A stretch of DNA of 64,000 bases, taken from assembly GCA_964596925.1 (NCBI GenBank), contig CAZQWQ010000040.1, forward strand, positions 65,469 to 129,468, in the 5' to 3' direction. Every line of letters starts with the position of its first letter. Position 1 is the first letter of the stretch. Below are positions 15,565 through 24,061 of this stretch, piece by piece. The translations under genes were made by a program, and so were the position numbers. Below the pieces are notes generated by a model that saw nothing but the letters and a program-made list of their open reading frames with translations, searched no databases and was not told the origin of the DNA. This DNA is from an uncultured Gemmatimonadaceae bacterium. GTDB lineage: Bacteria > Gemmatimonadota > Gemmatimonadetes > Gemmatimonadales > GWC2-71-9.

Positions 15565-18010
15565 GCAAGCCGTCCGCGACGCGCGTGGGTGCGGGTGGCA
15601 GCGGAACCAGGTCGCGCAGTTCCGCGAGCAGCGCCGCGGGGCCCTCGCCCTTCAGCACGAGCCCTTGGGTCGCGCCTCGCAGCTTCTCGCGCTCCCGGCG
15701 CGTCAGGTCTTTGACGGTCCACACGATCACCGGCGTCCGACGTCCCACGGCGGTCGCCCGGAACCGTTCCAGGAACGCGAAGCCGTCCATGCCCGGCATC
15801 AGGAGATCGAGCACCACCGCCGCAGGCGGAGTCGCGACCGCCGCCTCGAGCCCCTCCAAAGCGCCGGCAACGCACTGTGAGCGATATCCGGAGTCCTGGA
15901 GCGCCCGCTCGGCGAGCTTCCGGACCCTCGGGGCGTCGTCCACGACGAGGATCGGGCGGGTCTCGTTCACGGCCACGTTGGCTCGCGCGAGCGAAGCGAG
16001 CAGGTCTTCGGTCCGGACCGGCTTGATCAGGACGTCGTGAACGTGGAAGCCGGCGGCCACTCCCTTGTGGGGCACCACCGTCACGATGACCACCGGCGTA
16101 TTGCGGTTCGGGCCCTCCTCCTGGATGGCCCTGATGACGTCCTGGCCGTGCATGTCCGGGAGGAGGAGATCGAGGGTAATGGCGTCGTAGAGCTGTTGGC
16201 GACAGCGCGCCAAGGCCTCCGCGCCGGTCGCCACGGCCTCGACGGAATACCCCGAGTCCGCGAGCGTCTGGACGATCCACGTGCGGTCCTTCTTGTCGTC
16301 CTCGACGACCAGGATCCGGCGGGCCCCGGCACCCCCGGCCGCCGGCTCCCCCACCGGCTCGGGAGTGACCTTCGCGCTGCGGGGCAGGACGGCGGAGAAC
16401 ACGCTTCCCAGGCCGGGCGTGCTGCGCACATCCACCCGCCCGCCCTGGGCCTCGACGATCCGCTTCGTGAATGCGAGGCCGAGCCCGGTGCCCGCGTAGT
16501 GCTTGGCGGTGCTCGCGTCGAGCTGTTGGAACTCGACGAACAGCCGGTCCATGTCGGCGGGCTTGATCCCGATGCCCTGGTCCTCCACTTCGATGCGGAA
16601 CTCGTCGGCGTTTTCGGATTTGCCCCGCACCGTGACCCGGCCCTCGTCGGGGGAGAACTTGAGCGCGTTCGAGAGATAGTTGTAGAGCACCTGCTTGAGC
16701 TTGGACGCGTCGGCGGTGATGCCGCCGAGCGCCGGATCGATGTCGCTCTCGATCGTGAGGCGCTTCTGCGCCGCGAGCGTGCGCAGCACGACCTTCACCT
16801 CGCCCACGAGCTTCTCGAGGTCCACCGGCTCGGGCCAGAATTCCATCTTCCCCGACTCGACCTTGGCGAGGTCGAGCACGGCGTTGATGAGCTGCAGCAG
16901 GTGGCGCGAGCTCGTGAGGATGTCGCCCAGGTACTCCTGCTGCTCGGGCGTCACGGGGCCCGTCTTGCCGTCGTGCATCAGCTCGGCGAATCCGATGATG
17001 GCGTTCAAGGGCGTACGCAGCTCATGCGACATGTTGGCGAGGAACTCGCTCTTCAACTTGCTCGCCTGATGCGCCGTCTGCGCCTGCAGCGCCTCGGCGC
17101 GCCGATCGGCATCCGCTCGATTGATGAGTCTCGCGCCCGGAAAGATCGCAATGAGGAGCAAGACGATATTCGCGAGCACCACGACCGCCACCCCGAACTC
17201 AAGTGTGATCAGGCGGAAGTGCTCGGCCTGGATTATCAGCAATCCTATCGCCAGGGGAATGAGAAGCAGTGGAATCAACTGCCGAGCGGCCGCGCTCCCC
17301 GGTCCATTCCCCATTACCGTCTCCACAACCCAGCCGTCGGAACGGGCGGCGAGCACGCCACCGGCGAAGACCACGAACAGGAGGGCGGTGTGGAATGCCA
17401 TCTCGGTCGTGTACATCGTCACGCGGGAGAACGCCGTCACTCCGTAGGCATGCCCAACGACTCCCATGAGCCCGATCAGCAGCACGATCGCGGCGCTCAG
17501 CTCGGCGAGCCGCCGTCGTCGGGGGGAATGCGCGTCGATACCCAGAATCGCCCCGCTCAAGAGGACGAGATTCAATGCCGTGTTCGGCGCCATCCGACCC
17601 GGAAAAAGCGCGGTGCCCGATCGTTCCGGCAGCGGCAGGCGGTCTATGCCGAGATCCCATCCCAATACGTACTCCAACAGCGTCAGCACCCCCGCCAGGA
17701 GCGCCAGGGCCGCGCAGATCCGGGCGACGGACAGCAAGGACGTCCCGCTGCGCTCTGGGTTCCGCAAATGAAACGCGATTCCTAATAGAATGAAGCTGGA
17801 CGCGGTGAGGGGCTTCATCGACTCCCACATCGGGGCGATGCTCTTCAAGACCCTGATGTCGAGAACCCACCCTGCGAGCACGACGAGGCCAACGCCAATG
17901 ACCGCAGGCCCGGCGGCGCGGGACAACCGGACGACCCTGGCGATTCCGGTGGTGGGTGCCTCACGAGCCACGGGCAGCCTCGTCTGGTGACGTGACCGCT
18001 GAACGGACAC
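15554..18010 (-). CDS. Membrane-bound hybrid sensor histidine kinase (multi-TM sensor - HisKA - HATPase - REC - REC)
   Basis: About 8 N-terminal hydrophobic helices. H-box FLANMSHELRTPLNAI, DQGIGI, GTGLGLAFTKRIV, then two receivers (ILVVEDDKKD...LDLLLPDMHG and ILVVDDAP...LDLLMPGMDG). GTG start. Confidence 0.85.
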   Translation of the reverse strand: MSVQRSRHQTRLPVAREAPTTGIARVVRLSRAAGPAVIGVGLVVLAGWVLDIRVLKSIAPMWESMKPLTASSFILLGIAFHLRNPERSGTSLLSVARICAALALLAGVLTLLEYVLGWDLGIDRLPLPERSGTALFPGRMAPNTALNLVLLSGAILGIDAHSPRRRRLAELSAAIVLLIGLMGVVGHAYGVTAFSRVTMYTTEMAFHTALLFVVFAGGVLAARSDGWVVETVMGNGPGSAAARQLIPLLLIPLAIGLLIIQAEHFRLITLEFGVAVVVLANIVLLLIAIFPGARLINRADADRRAEALQAQTAHQASKLKSEFLANMSHELRTPLNAIIGFAELMHDGKTGPVTPEQQEYLGDILTSSRHLLQLINAVLDLAKVESGKMEFWPEPVDLEKLVGEVKVVLRTLAAQKRLTIESDIDPALGGITADASKLKQVLYNYLSNALKFSPDEGRVTVRGKSENADEFRIEVEDQGIGIKPADMDRLFVEFQQLDASTAKHYAGTGLGLAFTKRIVEAQGGRVDVRSTPGLGSVFSAVLPRSAKVTPEPVGEPAAGGAGARRILVVEDDKKDRTWIVQTLADSGYSVEAVATGAEALARCRQQLYDAITLDLLLPDMHGQDVIRAIQEEGPNRNTPVVIVTVVPHKGVAAGFHVHDVLIKPVRTEDLLASLARANVAVNETRPILVVDDAPRVRKLAERALQDSGYRSQCVAGALEGLEAAVATPPAAVVLDLLMPGMDGFAFLERFRATAVGRRTPVIVWTVKDLTRREREKLRGATQGLVLKGEGPAALLAELRDLVPLPPAPTRVADGLRVR

Positions 18011-18062
18011 ACGATGGCGGGGTTCGTGATGGAAGCGGTGCCGCAGGAAAGACTTTCTTCGT

Positions 18063-18122
18063 GACTCCTCCCCCTCCCGACTCGGTTTTGGAAGAGGAGT
18101 CGGGGCGACTCACTGAGTCGCC
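18063..18122. promoter_or_regulatory. Nested palindromes carrying five GANTC sites between the LuxR-RR gene end and the hybrid kinase start
   Basis: GACTCCTC (18063-70) pairs with GAGGAGTC (18094-101). CCGACTCGG (18077-85) is palindromic. GGCGACTCAcTGAGTCGCC (18104-18122) is a 19-nt perfect palindrome. GACTC/GAGTC occur at 18063, 18079, 18097, 18107 and 18115. The function (terminator or operator) is undetermined. Confidence 0.4.
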
Positions 18123-18177
18123 GTACGCCGGTGGTGTATTATCTAGAGTGCATCCTTTCTCCTTCCCATGGTATCAG

Positions 18178-18885
18178 TCATAGGACTGTCAGCCAGCGTC
18201 TTACAACTGGCTCAATTCCGTAACCCCAAAGGGCGACGGTGACTAGCGCCGTCAGTCCATGCTGGACGGCATACCGGATCAGATCGGCGCTTGTCTTGAG
18301 CTGCATCTTGCGCAACATCCGCGCGCGGTGCGTACTGACGGTCTTCGGAGACAGCCCGAGGTCCTGGGCGATCTGCTTCACGCTCTTGCCGACGCCGATC
18401 ATGCAGAGGACTTCGTATTCCCGGGGGGAGATCATCTCGTGCGGCAGCCAGGCGGCACGCGCGTCCAGCGCACCCGCCGCTCTCTCCGCCATCGACGGCG
18501 TGAGATACTTCCCGCCCCCGGCGACCTGCATGATCGCGCCGATGATCTCCCGCGGGGCCTGCTGCTTGGTGAGATAGCCGGCCGCGCCTTCCTTCATCGC
18601 GCGCACCGCAAACTGATCCTCCGGGTGCATCGTGAGGACCAGCACCTGCACGTTCGGAAACGCCGAACGGAGCTGGCGCAGCAGCCCCGGAAACGGCGCG
18701 CCCGGCATGGTGATATCCAGCAGCAGGACATCGGGCTCCGTGGCCCGCATCAACGCCACGGTTTCATCGCCATCGGCCGCCTCCCCGACCACTGTCAGCC
18801 CGCTGTCATCGGCGATGGTTTGCCGGAGCCCGGCTCGCACGAGCGGATGGTCGTCAGCGATGGCGACACGGATCGCGTCGGTCAC
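18178..18885 (-). CDS. NarL/FixJ (LuxR-type HTH) response regulator
   Basis: GTG at 18885 forms a GTGA overlap with the kinase stop. Receiver motifs (VAIADDHPLVRAGL...LLLDITMPG) and a LuxR HTH (SPREYEVLCMIGVGKSVKQIAQDLGLSPKTVSTHRARMLRKM). The 496-aa ORF-track version is a 5' artefact. Confidence 0.9.
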   Translation of the reverse strand: MTDAIRVAIADDHPLVRAGLRQTIADDSGLTVVGEAADGDETVALMRATEPDVLLLDITMPGAPFPGLLRQLRSAFPNVQVLVLTMHPEDQFAVRAMKEGAAGYLTKQQAPREIIGAIMQVAGGGKYLTPSMAERAAGALDARAAWLPHEMISPREYEVLCMIGVGKSVKQIAQDLGLSPKTVSTHRARMLRKMQLKTSADLIRYAVQHGLTALVTVALWGYGIEPVVRRWLTVL

Positions 18886-20348
18886 GAAGTGCCTCGTTTT
18901 CCGGCGAGCGGGAGTTGCACGATGACGGAGGTCCCACCCTGGGGGCGCGCCCGGACATCGACGGTGCCGTTCCAGAGCAACGCGCGCTCGCGCATGCCGA
19001 GCAATCCCAGCGAGCGCGGGTTCATGGCTTCCGCCGTCGCGATTCCCCGGCCATCGTCGCTCACTCCCAGGACCAGCTCGGCCGGTGTCTCGCGCACCTG
19101 CACGTCTACGTGGTGCGCGGCCGCGTGCCGCACGACATTGGTGAGCGCCTCCTGGAGAATGCGGAACAGGTCCGTCGAGCGGTCGGCGTCGAGCGGCGGG
19201 AGCGTGGCCGGCAGATCGAGCGCGCAGGCGATGCCGGTCCGGCGGGCGAACTGCTGGGTTTCCCACTCGATCGCGGCGAGCAGGCCGAGATCGTCCAGCA
19301 CCGCCGGCCGGAGCTCCGTCGCCAAGGTGCGCACCCGGCCGATCGTCGCTTCGATGAGCGCCGCCATCGCGCGGCACTTCTCGACGAGAGGGCGGTCCTG
19401 GGCGGGGAGTCGCGATTCCAACCAGGCGACGTCCATCCCCAGCGCGGTGAGCACCTGCCCCAACTCGTCGTGGATCTGGCGCGCCATGAGCGCCCGCTCC
19501 TGTTCCCGCACGCTGCGCATTCGGCCGGCGAACTCCCGCAGGCGTTTGTGGGTCGCCCGCAGCTCCTCGTCCGCCCGCTTGCGCTCGGTGATGTCTTTCC
19601 CCACCCCCAGAAGGCCGATCGCCTGTCCATGGGTATCGCGCATCACGGCGGTCTTCACATCCACCCAAACAGGAGAACCGTCACGGCGGCGCCCGTTCCA
19701 ATCTTTGATAAGAACCTGACCCTCAAGGATCTGCTTGATGTCGGCCGCCAGTCCATCCAGGCCTGCGTCGGGATACAACCGTTCCAAGGTTTGCCCAAGC
19801 ATCTCGTCGGTCGTGTAGCCGAACAACGCCGTTGCCCCGTCGTTCCAGTACATGACCCGGCCCTCGAGATCGATTGCGATGATGCTATCCGGCACGTTCT
19901 GTAGGATGGTCGCTTGGAATCGTAGCCGCTCCTCCACTTGTTGGCGCTCGGTGATCTCGCGAACGAATGCGCCGAAGAGCTGTGTATCGCCATGCCGGAC
20001 TGCAGCGATCGTCAGCTCGATGGGGAACTCGCGCCCGTCGCGACGCCGCGCGCTGATCTCGATCCGCCGGTTCAGCAATCGCCCTTCGCCCGTCGCGGCG
20101 AGGCGGGCAAGTTCCTGTGCGTGCCGCTCCTTGTGGCGTGGGGGGATGATGGTCTCCGCCAGGGTACGGCCGACAGCTTCGGATTCATCCCACCCGAAGA
20201 CCTGTTCCGCCTGCCGGTTCCACTGATGAATGACGCCGCCAGCGTCGATCAAGATGAAGGCGTCGAGGGCTGCGTCGAGAATCGCCCGGAGCAGCGGCTC
20301 CGGTTCTCCCCGGGGTCGGGGTTCGGGACGGCGGGAAGCGAGGGTCAT
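18882..20348 (-). CDS. PAS-PAS sensor histidine kinase, HisKA_3 (NarX/DegS-type) family
   Basis: Two PAS-like segments. H-box ARQIHDELGQVLTAL, typical of HisKA_3. ATPase motifs (LTNVVRHA, DDGRGI, GLLGMRERA). Confidence 0.9.
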   Translation of the reverse strand: MTLASRRPEPRPRGEPEPLLRAILDAALDAFILIDAGGVIHQWNRQAEQVFGWDESEAVGRTLAETIIPPRHKERHAQELARLAATGEGRLLNRRIEISARRRDGREFPIELTIAAVRHGDTQLFGAFVREITERQQVEERLRFQATILQNVPDSIIAIDLEGRVMYWNDGATALFGYTTDEMLGQTLERLYPDAGLDGLAADIKQILEGQVLIKDWNGRRRDGSPVWVDVKTAVMRDTHGQAIGLLGVGKDITERKRADEELRATHKRLREFAGRMRSVREQERALMARQIHDELGQVLTALGMDVAWLESRLPAQDRPLVEKCRAMAALIEATIGRVRTLATELRPAVLDDLGLLAAIEWETQQFARRTGIACALDLPATLPPLDADRSTDLFRILQEALTNVVRHAAAHHVDVQVRETPAELVLGVSDDGRGIATAEAMNPRSLGLLGMRERALLWNGTVDVRARPQGGTSVIVQLPLAGKRGTS

Positions 20349-20411
20349 GGCGACGCGGCGATCACTGACTGCAGGATAGGGGATCGCAGGCGGCTCGCAA
20401 GGGGTGGATCA

Positions 20412-22217
20412 CTATGGCACCGGTTTCTCGGCGAACCGGGCAACGCGCGGCAGGATGGCGTGGAATACGCTGCCCACGCCGTACGTGCTCTGGGCGCCCA
20501 CCCGGCCGCCCTGAGCTTCCACGATCCGCTTGGTCAGGGCCAACCCAAGGCCGGTACCGGGGTATTGCTTGGCGGAACTCGCGTCGAGCTGCTGGAACTC
20601 GACGAACAACCGGCCCATGTCCTCCGGCCGTATCCCGATCCCATTGTCCTGCACCTCGATGCGAAATGCATCCACGCCTTCGGGAAGTACGCGGATGACG
20701 ATGCGCCCCCCGTCGTGAGAGAACTTGACCGCGTTCGACACGTAGTTATGCAGCACCTGCTTCAGCTTTCCGGGATCGGCAATGATGTCCACGATATCCG
20801 GAGCCTGCGCGATCTCGATTACGAGGTGTTTCTGTTCGGCGAGCGTGCGCACGGTGTCCTGGACATCCACAATCACGGAGGCGAGGCGCACCGGCTCCGG
20901 GCGGAGCTCCAGTTTTCCCGCGTCGAGGTTCGAGAGGTCCAACACGTCGTTGAGGATTTGGAGCAGGTTTCGAGCGGCGGTGAGGATGTCGCGCAGGAAC
21001 TCCTGCTGACGCGGCGAGATGGGGCCCGCCTTGCCGTCGTGCATCAGCTCCGCGAACCCGATGATCGCGTTGAATGGGGTGCGCAGCTCGTGCGACATGT
21101 TGGCGACGAACTCGCTCTTCAGGCGGTGCGCCGCCTCGAGCTCGACAACCTGGCGCTTGAGCTGTGCGTTCAGGACGTCGATTTCGTTGCGGGCGCGCTC
21201 CCGCTCAGTCACATCCTCGAACGTGGCGACGGCGAGTGACAGTTGGCCGTTGCTCCCGTATACAGGCGCCGCCCACACATCGAGTGGGATTACTCGATCC
21301 GGAGCGCGGATCTCGATGTCAGTAACGTGGACTCGCTCGCCCCGCATGGCGCGAGCGACCGGGAGGCGCTCGGCGGGATATAGGGTGTCAGTGCCGCACA
21401 CATACACCTGGTAGATCTCGGGTAGCTCGCCGATGGCGGCCCCGGGGGCGAGGCCCTTGCCGAGGATCTGCTGACTCGCCTGGTTGGCGGCGTACGCTCG
21501 CCCCGCATGGTCGACCACAAAAACTCCTATGGGCATCTGTTCCAGTATATCGAGCGACTGCCGCTCGGACTCCTGGAGGCCCCGCACCGCGCGATTCCGG
21601 GCGGAGAGCCCCAGCCACAGGAGTGCTGCAGCGATCGTGAGCAACACGACCGTGAGCGCGCTACTGGCGACGATAACGGCCTTTGTCCGGCGGGCAGCGG
21701 CAACGATGCGCGTTGAATGAACGTCTCGGGCACTGATGAGGGCGCTCTTGGCCGCCACCACCAGCGCGCGGATCTGGTCCATGAGATTTCTGCCACGGTC
21801 ACTGATCATCAGCTGGCGCGCGGTTTCCGCGTGTCCAGCCCGGCGGAGCTGGATCGTGGTGTCGAGCAAGACCAACTTCTCGGCGATCAACGGGGTGAGA
21901 CGCTGCATCGCGGTGGCGAGCGTGGTGTCACTCCCCGTTAATGCGCCCAGCGCTTTGGTATCTACATCTATGGCTGCAATAGCCGTTTGATACGGACCGA
22001 GGTAGCGCGATTCGCCGGTAACGAGGTAGCCCCGCTGCCCTGTCTCGGCATCCAGCAGATCCTTGAGCACCGCATCGAAGCGGAGCAAAGTGAGGTTCGC
22101 GCGGTTCCGGCTGGCGCTCTCTTCTTCAAGCTGGACAAGGCTTTGGTAGGACAGGGCACCCACGAGGATCAGGGCACCGAGCGCGGCAGCGAAGACGCCG
22201 ATGAGCGGGGCGACCAC
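20412..22217 (-). CDS. CHASE3-PAS sensor histidine kinase
   Basis: N-terminal TM helix followed by a CHASE3-like signature (ETGQRGYLVTGESRYLGPY), a second TM helix and a PAS region. H-box FVANMSHELRTPFNAI plus HATPase motifs. The kinase core is a close paralog of the 15554-18010 core. Confidence 0.9.
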   Translation of the reverse strand: MVAPLIGVFAAALGALILVGALSYQSLVQLEEESASRNRANLTLLRFDAVLKDLLDAETGQRGYLVTGESRYLGPYQTAIAAIDVDTKALGALTGSDTTLATAMQRLTPLIAEKLVLLDTTIQLRRAGHAETARQLMISDRGRNLMDQIRALVVAAKSALISARDVHSTRIVAAARRTKAVIVASSALTVVLLTIAAALLWLGLSARNRAVRGLQESERQSLDILEQMPIGVFVVDHAGRAYAANQASQQILGKGLAPGAAIGELPEIYQVYVCGTDTLYPAERLPVARAMRGERVHVTDIEIRAPDRVIPLDVWAAPVYGSNGQLSLAVATFEDVTERERARNEIDVLNAQLKRQVVELEAAHRLKSEFVANMSHELRTPFNAIIGFAELMHDGKAGPISPRQQEFLRDILTAARNLLQILNDVLDLSNLDAGKLELRPEPVRLASVIVDVQDTVRTLAEQKHLVIEIAQAPDIVDIIADPGKLKQVLHNYVSNAVKFSHDGGRIVIRVLPEGVDAFRIEVQDNGIGIRPEDMGRLFVEFQQLDASSAKQYPGTGLGLALTKRIVEAQGGRVGAQSTYGVGSVFHAILPRVARFAEKPVP

Positions 22218-22323
22218 TGAGCGGTGCAGAGGGGGACTCCACTTCGGGAAAAGGCGAGCACATCATTGCCCCCGTGCTCACGATTGCGCAAGGGTTTGTC
22301 CGGAGCCGATATTGGCCGGAGCC

Positions 22324-23448
22324 ATGATAGCGCACACGGAGCATCACGGCGGGACCATTTTGGTCTTCCTGTTCCTGGCCTCCGCCTGCACCGGCGACGA
22401 GGGGCCACAAACGGGCGCACGCCTCGTGCTCTCGCCGCCATGGACGTCCATCCCCGTCGGCGACCCGCTCATTGGTGACACGGTACGGGCTGCATTCGTC
22501 AACGAAGCGGGCGTTCAACTCCCCGCGAATGCGGTCGCCTGGACGAGTAGCGACACCAGCGTGGCGCGGATCGACGCGACGGGCCTGGTCCAGGCCGTGC
22601 GCGTCGGCGTCGTCACGATCCGGGGGACCGCTGATGACGACGTCGCCGACCAGCCGATCACGGTCACCGACCCTGTCCTGGTCGGCACCGGCGACATCGG
22701 GACCTGCCTGTCCACCAACGACGAAGCCACCGCCTTGCTGCTCGACAGCCTCGCCGGTATGGTGTTCACCGCCGGCGACAACGACTATTCGGACGCGACC
22801 CCCGCACCGGCGTACGGTGTCTGCTTCGATTCGACCTGGGGGCGTCATCTCCCGCGCATTCGCCCCACACCGGGTGAGGATGATCGGCGCAATAACACGC
22901 TCGACGACTATTTCGATTATTTCGGGGCAGCGGCGCACCCCCCCGCCGGCTACTACAGTTACGATCTCGGCGCCTGGCATGTGGTGGTGCTCAACGCCAC
23001 GCCCGCGGTCGACGCTACTCAGCTGAGCTGGCTCATCGCCGACCTCGCGGCCAATCCCGCGCTGTGCACGGTGGCGATCGCGCATCGACCCCGCTTCAGC
23101 TCCGGCAACGCCGGTAGTGCGGCAACACAGGGAGCGGTTTTCCAGGCGCTGTACGATGCTGGGGTGGAGCTCCTAGTGTCCGGCAACGATCATGACTACG
23201 AGCGCTTCGCACCCCAAGCCCCCGATCAGACTCCCGACCCCGACAGCGGGGTGGTGCAGTTCGTGGTGGGGACCGGCGGCAAGAGTCATGGTGGCATCAA
23301 CCTGCCGCTGGAGCTGAACAGCGTCGCGCAGAACGACGATACCTACGGCGTGCTGCGGCTCGTGTTCCATCTGACGAGCTACGATTGGCGCTTTTTCCCC
23401 GTCCGCGGGCGCACCTTCACCGACACGGGCAGCGCGGACTGCCACTAG
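22324..23448 (+). CDS. Secreted Ig-like (Big_2-like) domain + calcineurin-like metallophosphoesterase
   Basis: I chose the ATG at 22324 (MIAHTEHHGGTILVFLFLASAC, lipoprotein-like). The Big_2-like segment is WTSSDTSVARIDATGLVQAVRVGVVTI. Phosphoesterase motifs are GDIG, AGDNDY, GNDHDYER and VVGTGG. Confidence 0.75.
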   Translation: MIAHTEHHGGTILVFLFLASACTGDEGPQTGARLVLSPPWTSIPVGDPLIGDTVRAAFVNEAGVQLPANAVAWTSSDTSVARIDATGLVQAVRVGVVTIRGTADDDVADQPITVTDPVLVGTGDIGTCLSTNDEATALLLDSLAGMVFTAGDNDYSDATPAPAYGVCFDSTWGRHLPRIRPTPGEDDRRNNTLDDYFDYFGAAAHPPAGYYSYDLGAWHVVVLNATPAVDATQLSWLIADLAANPALCTVAIAHRPRFSSGNAGSAATQGAVFQALYDAGVELLVSGNDHDYERFAPQAPDQTPDPDSGVVQFVVGTGGKSHGGINLPLELNSVAQNDDTYGVLRLVFHLTSYDWRFFPVRGRTFTDTGSADCH

Positions 23449-23516
23449 GGTCCCAGGCGAAAACGCCCCGGTGCTCTACACGAGCCCGAGGCGTCATGTG
23501 CTGAAACCGACTGCAC

Positions 23517-23570
23517 GGGTTTTCCCTACGTTTCTACCTCGACGATTTTCTCCCTACGTGTTTTTCTTGC
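23517..23570. repeat. Half-copy of the same unit family next to the tRNA-Ile 3' end
   Basis: Three tandem pyrimidine-rich units, GGGTTTTCCCTACG, TTTCTACCTCGACG and ATTTTCTCCCTACG, followed by TGTTTTTCTTGC. No matching purine-rich arm was found nearby. Confidence 0.5.
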
Positions 23571-23577
23571 AGCGGAG

Positions 23578-23651
<74 letters not shown>

Positions 23652-23744
23652 CTGTCGCCGCTCTCAGTGACGGTCACGATGGCCGTCGCCGTACGCCGTC
23701 GCCCACCGGTTAGCCGGAAAATACCACTGTACCACGTACTTCTC

Positions 23745-23999
23745 TCAGTCCCACTCTCGCTTCGGTCCCTTTTTGGGCTTGAAGCCGTCCTCGTCTTCCT
23801 CGTCGAATTCGTCGTCGAGGTCGTCGTAGTCGTCGAGCTCCTCGAGATCCTCGTCGTCCCCTTCGTCCTCATCCAGATCGTCGTCGAAGTCTGCGTCGAG
23901 GTCCTTGTCCTCTTCGAAGTCCTCGAACTCCTCGTCGATGTCGTCGCTGCGACGCTTGAGCGACCACTCCATCGACGTTGCCACGGCCAGCATCGTCAC
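23745..23999 (-). CDS. Small hyper-acidic hypothetical protein (D/E-rich, basic C-terminal tip)
   Basis: 84-aa ORF between typA and tRNA-Ile: ...MEWSLKRRSDDIDEEFEDFEEDKDLDADFDDDLDEDEGDDEDLEELDDYDDLDDEFDEEDEDGFKPKKGPKREWD. GAC/GAG codon periodicity is consistent with coding. The start is uncertain (GTG 23999, ATG 23993 or ATG 23972). No family recognised. Confidence 0.45.
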   Translation of the reverse strand: MTMLAVATSMEWSLKRRSDDIDEEFEDFEEDKDLDADFDDDLDEDEGDDEDLEELDDYDDLDDEFDEEDEDGFKPKKGPKREWD

Positions 24000-24061
24000 C
24001 CCCGGCTGAGGTTGCGGTTGCCTGGTCCCGCGGCCGCGGGATCCCGAGCGCCTCTCGTCCC

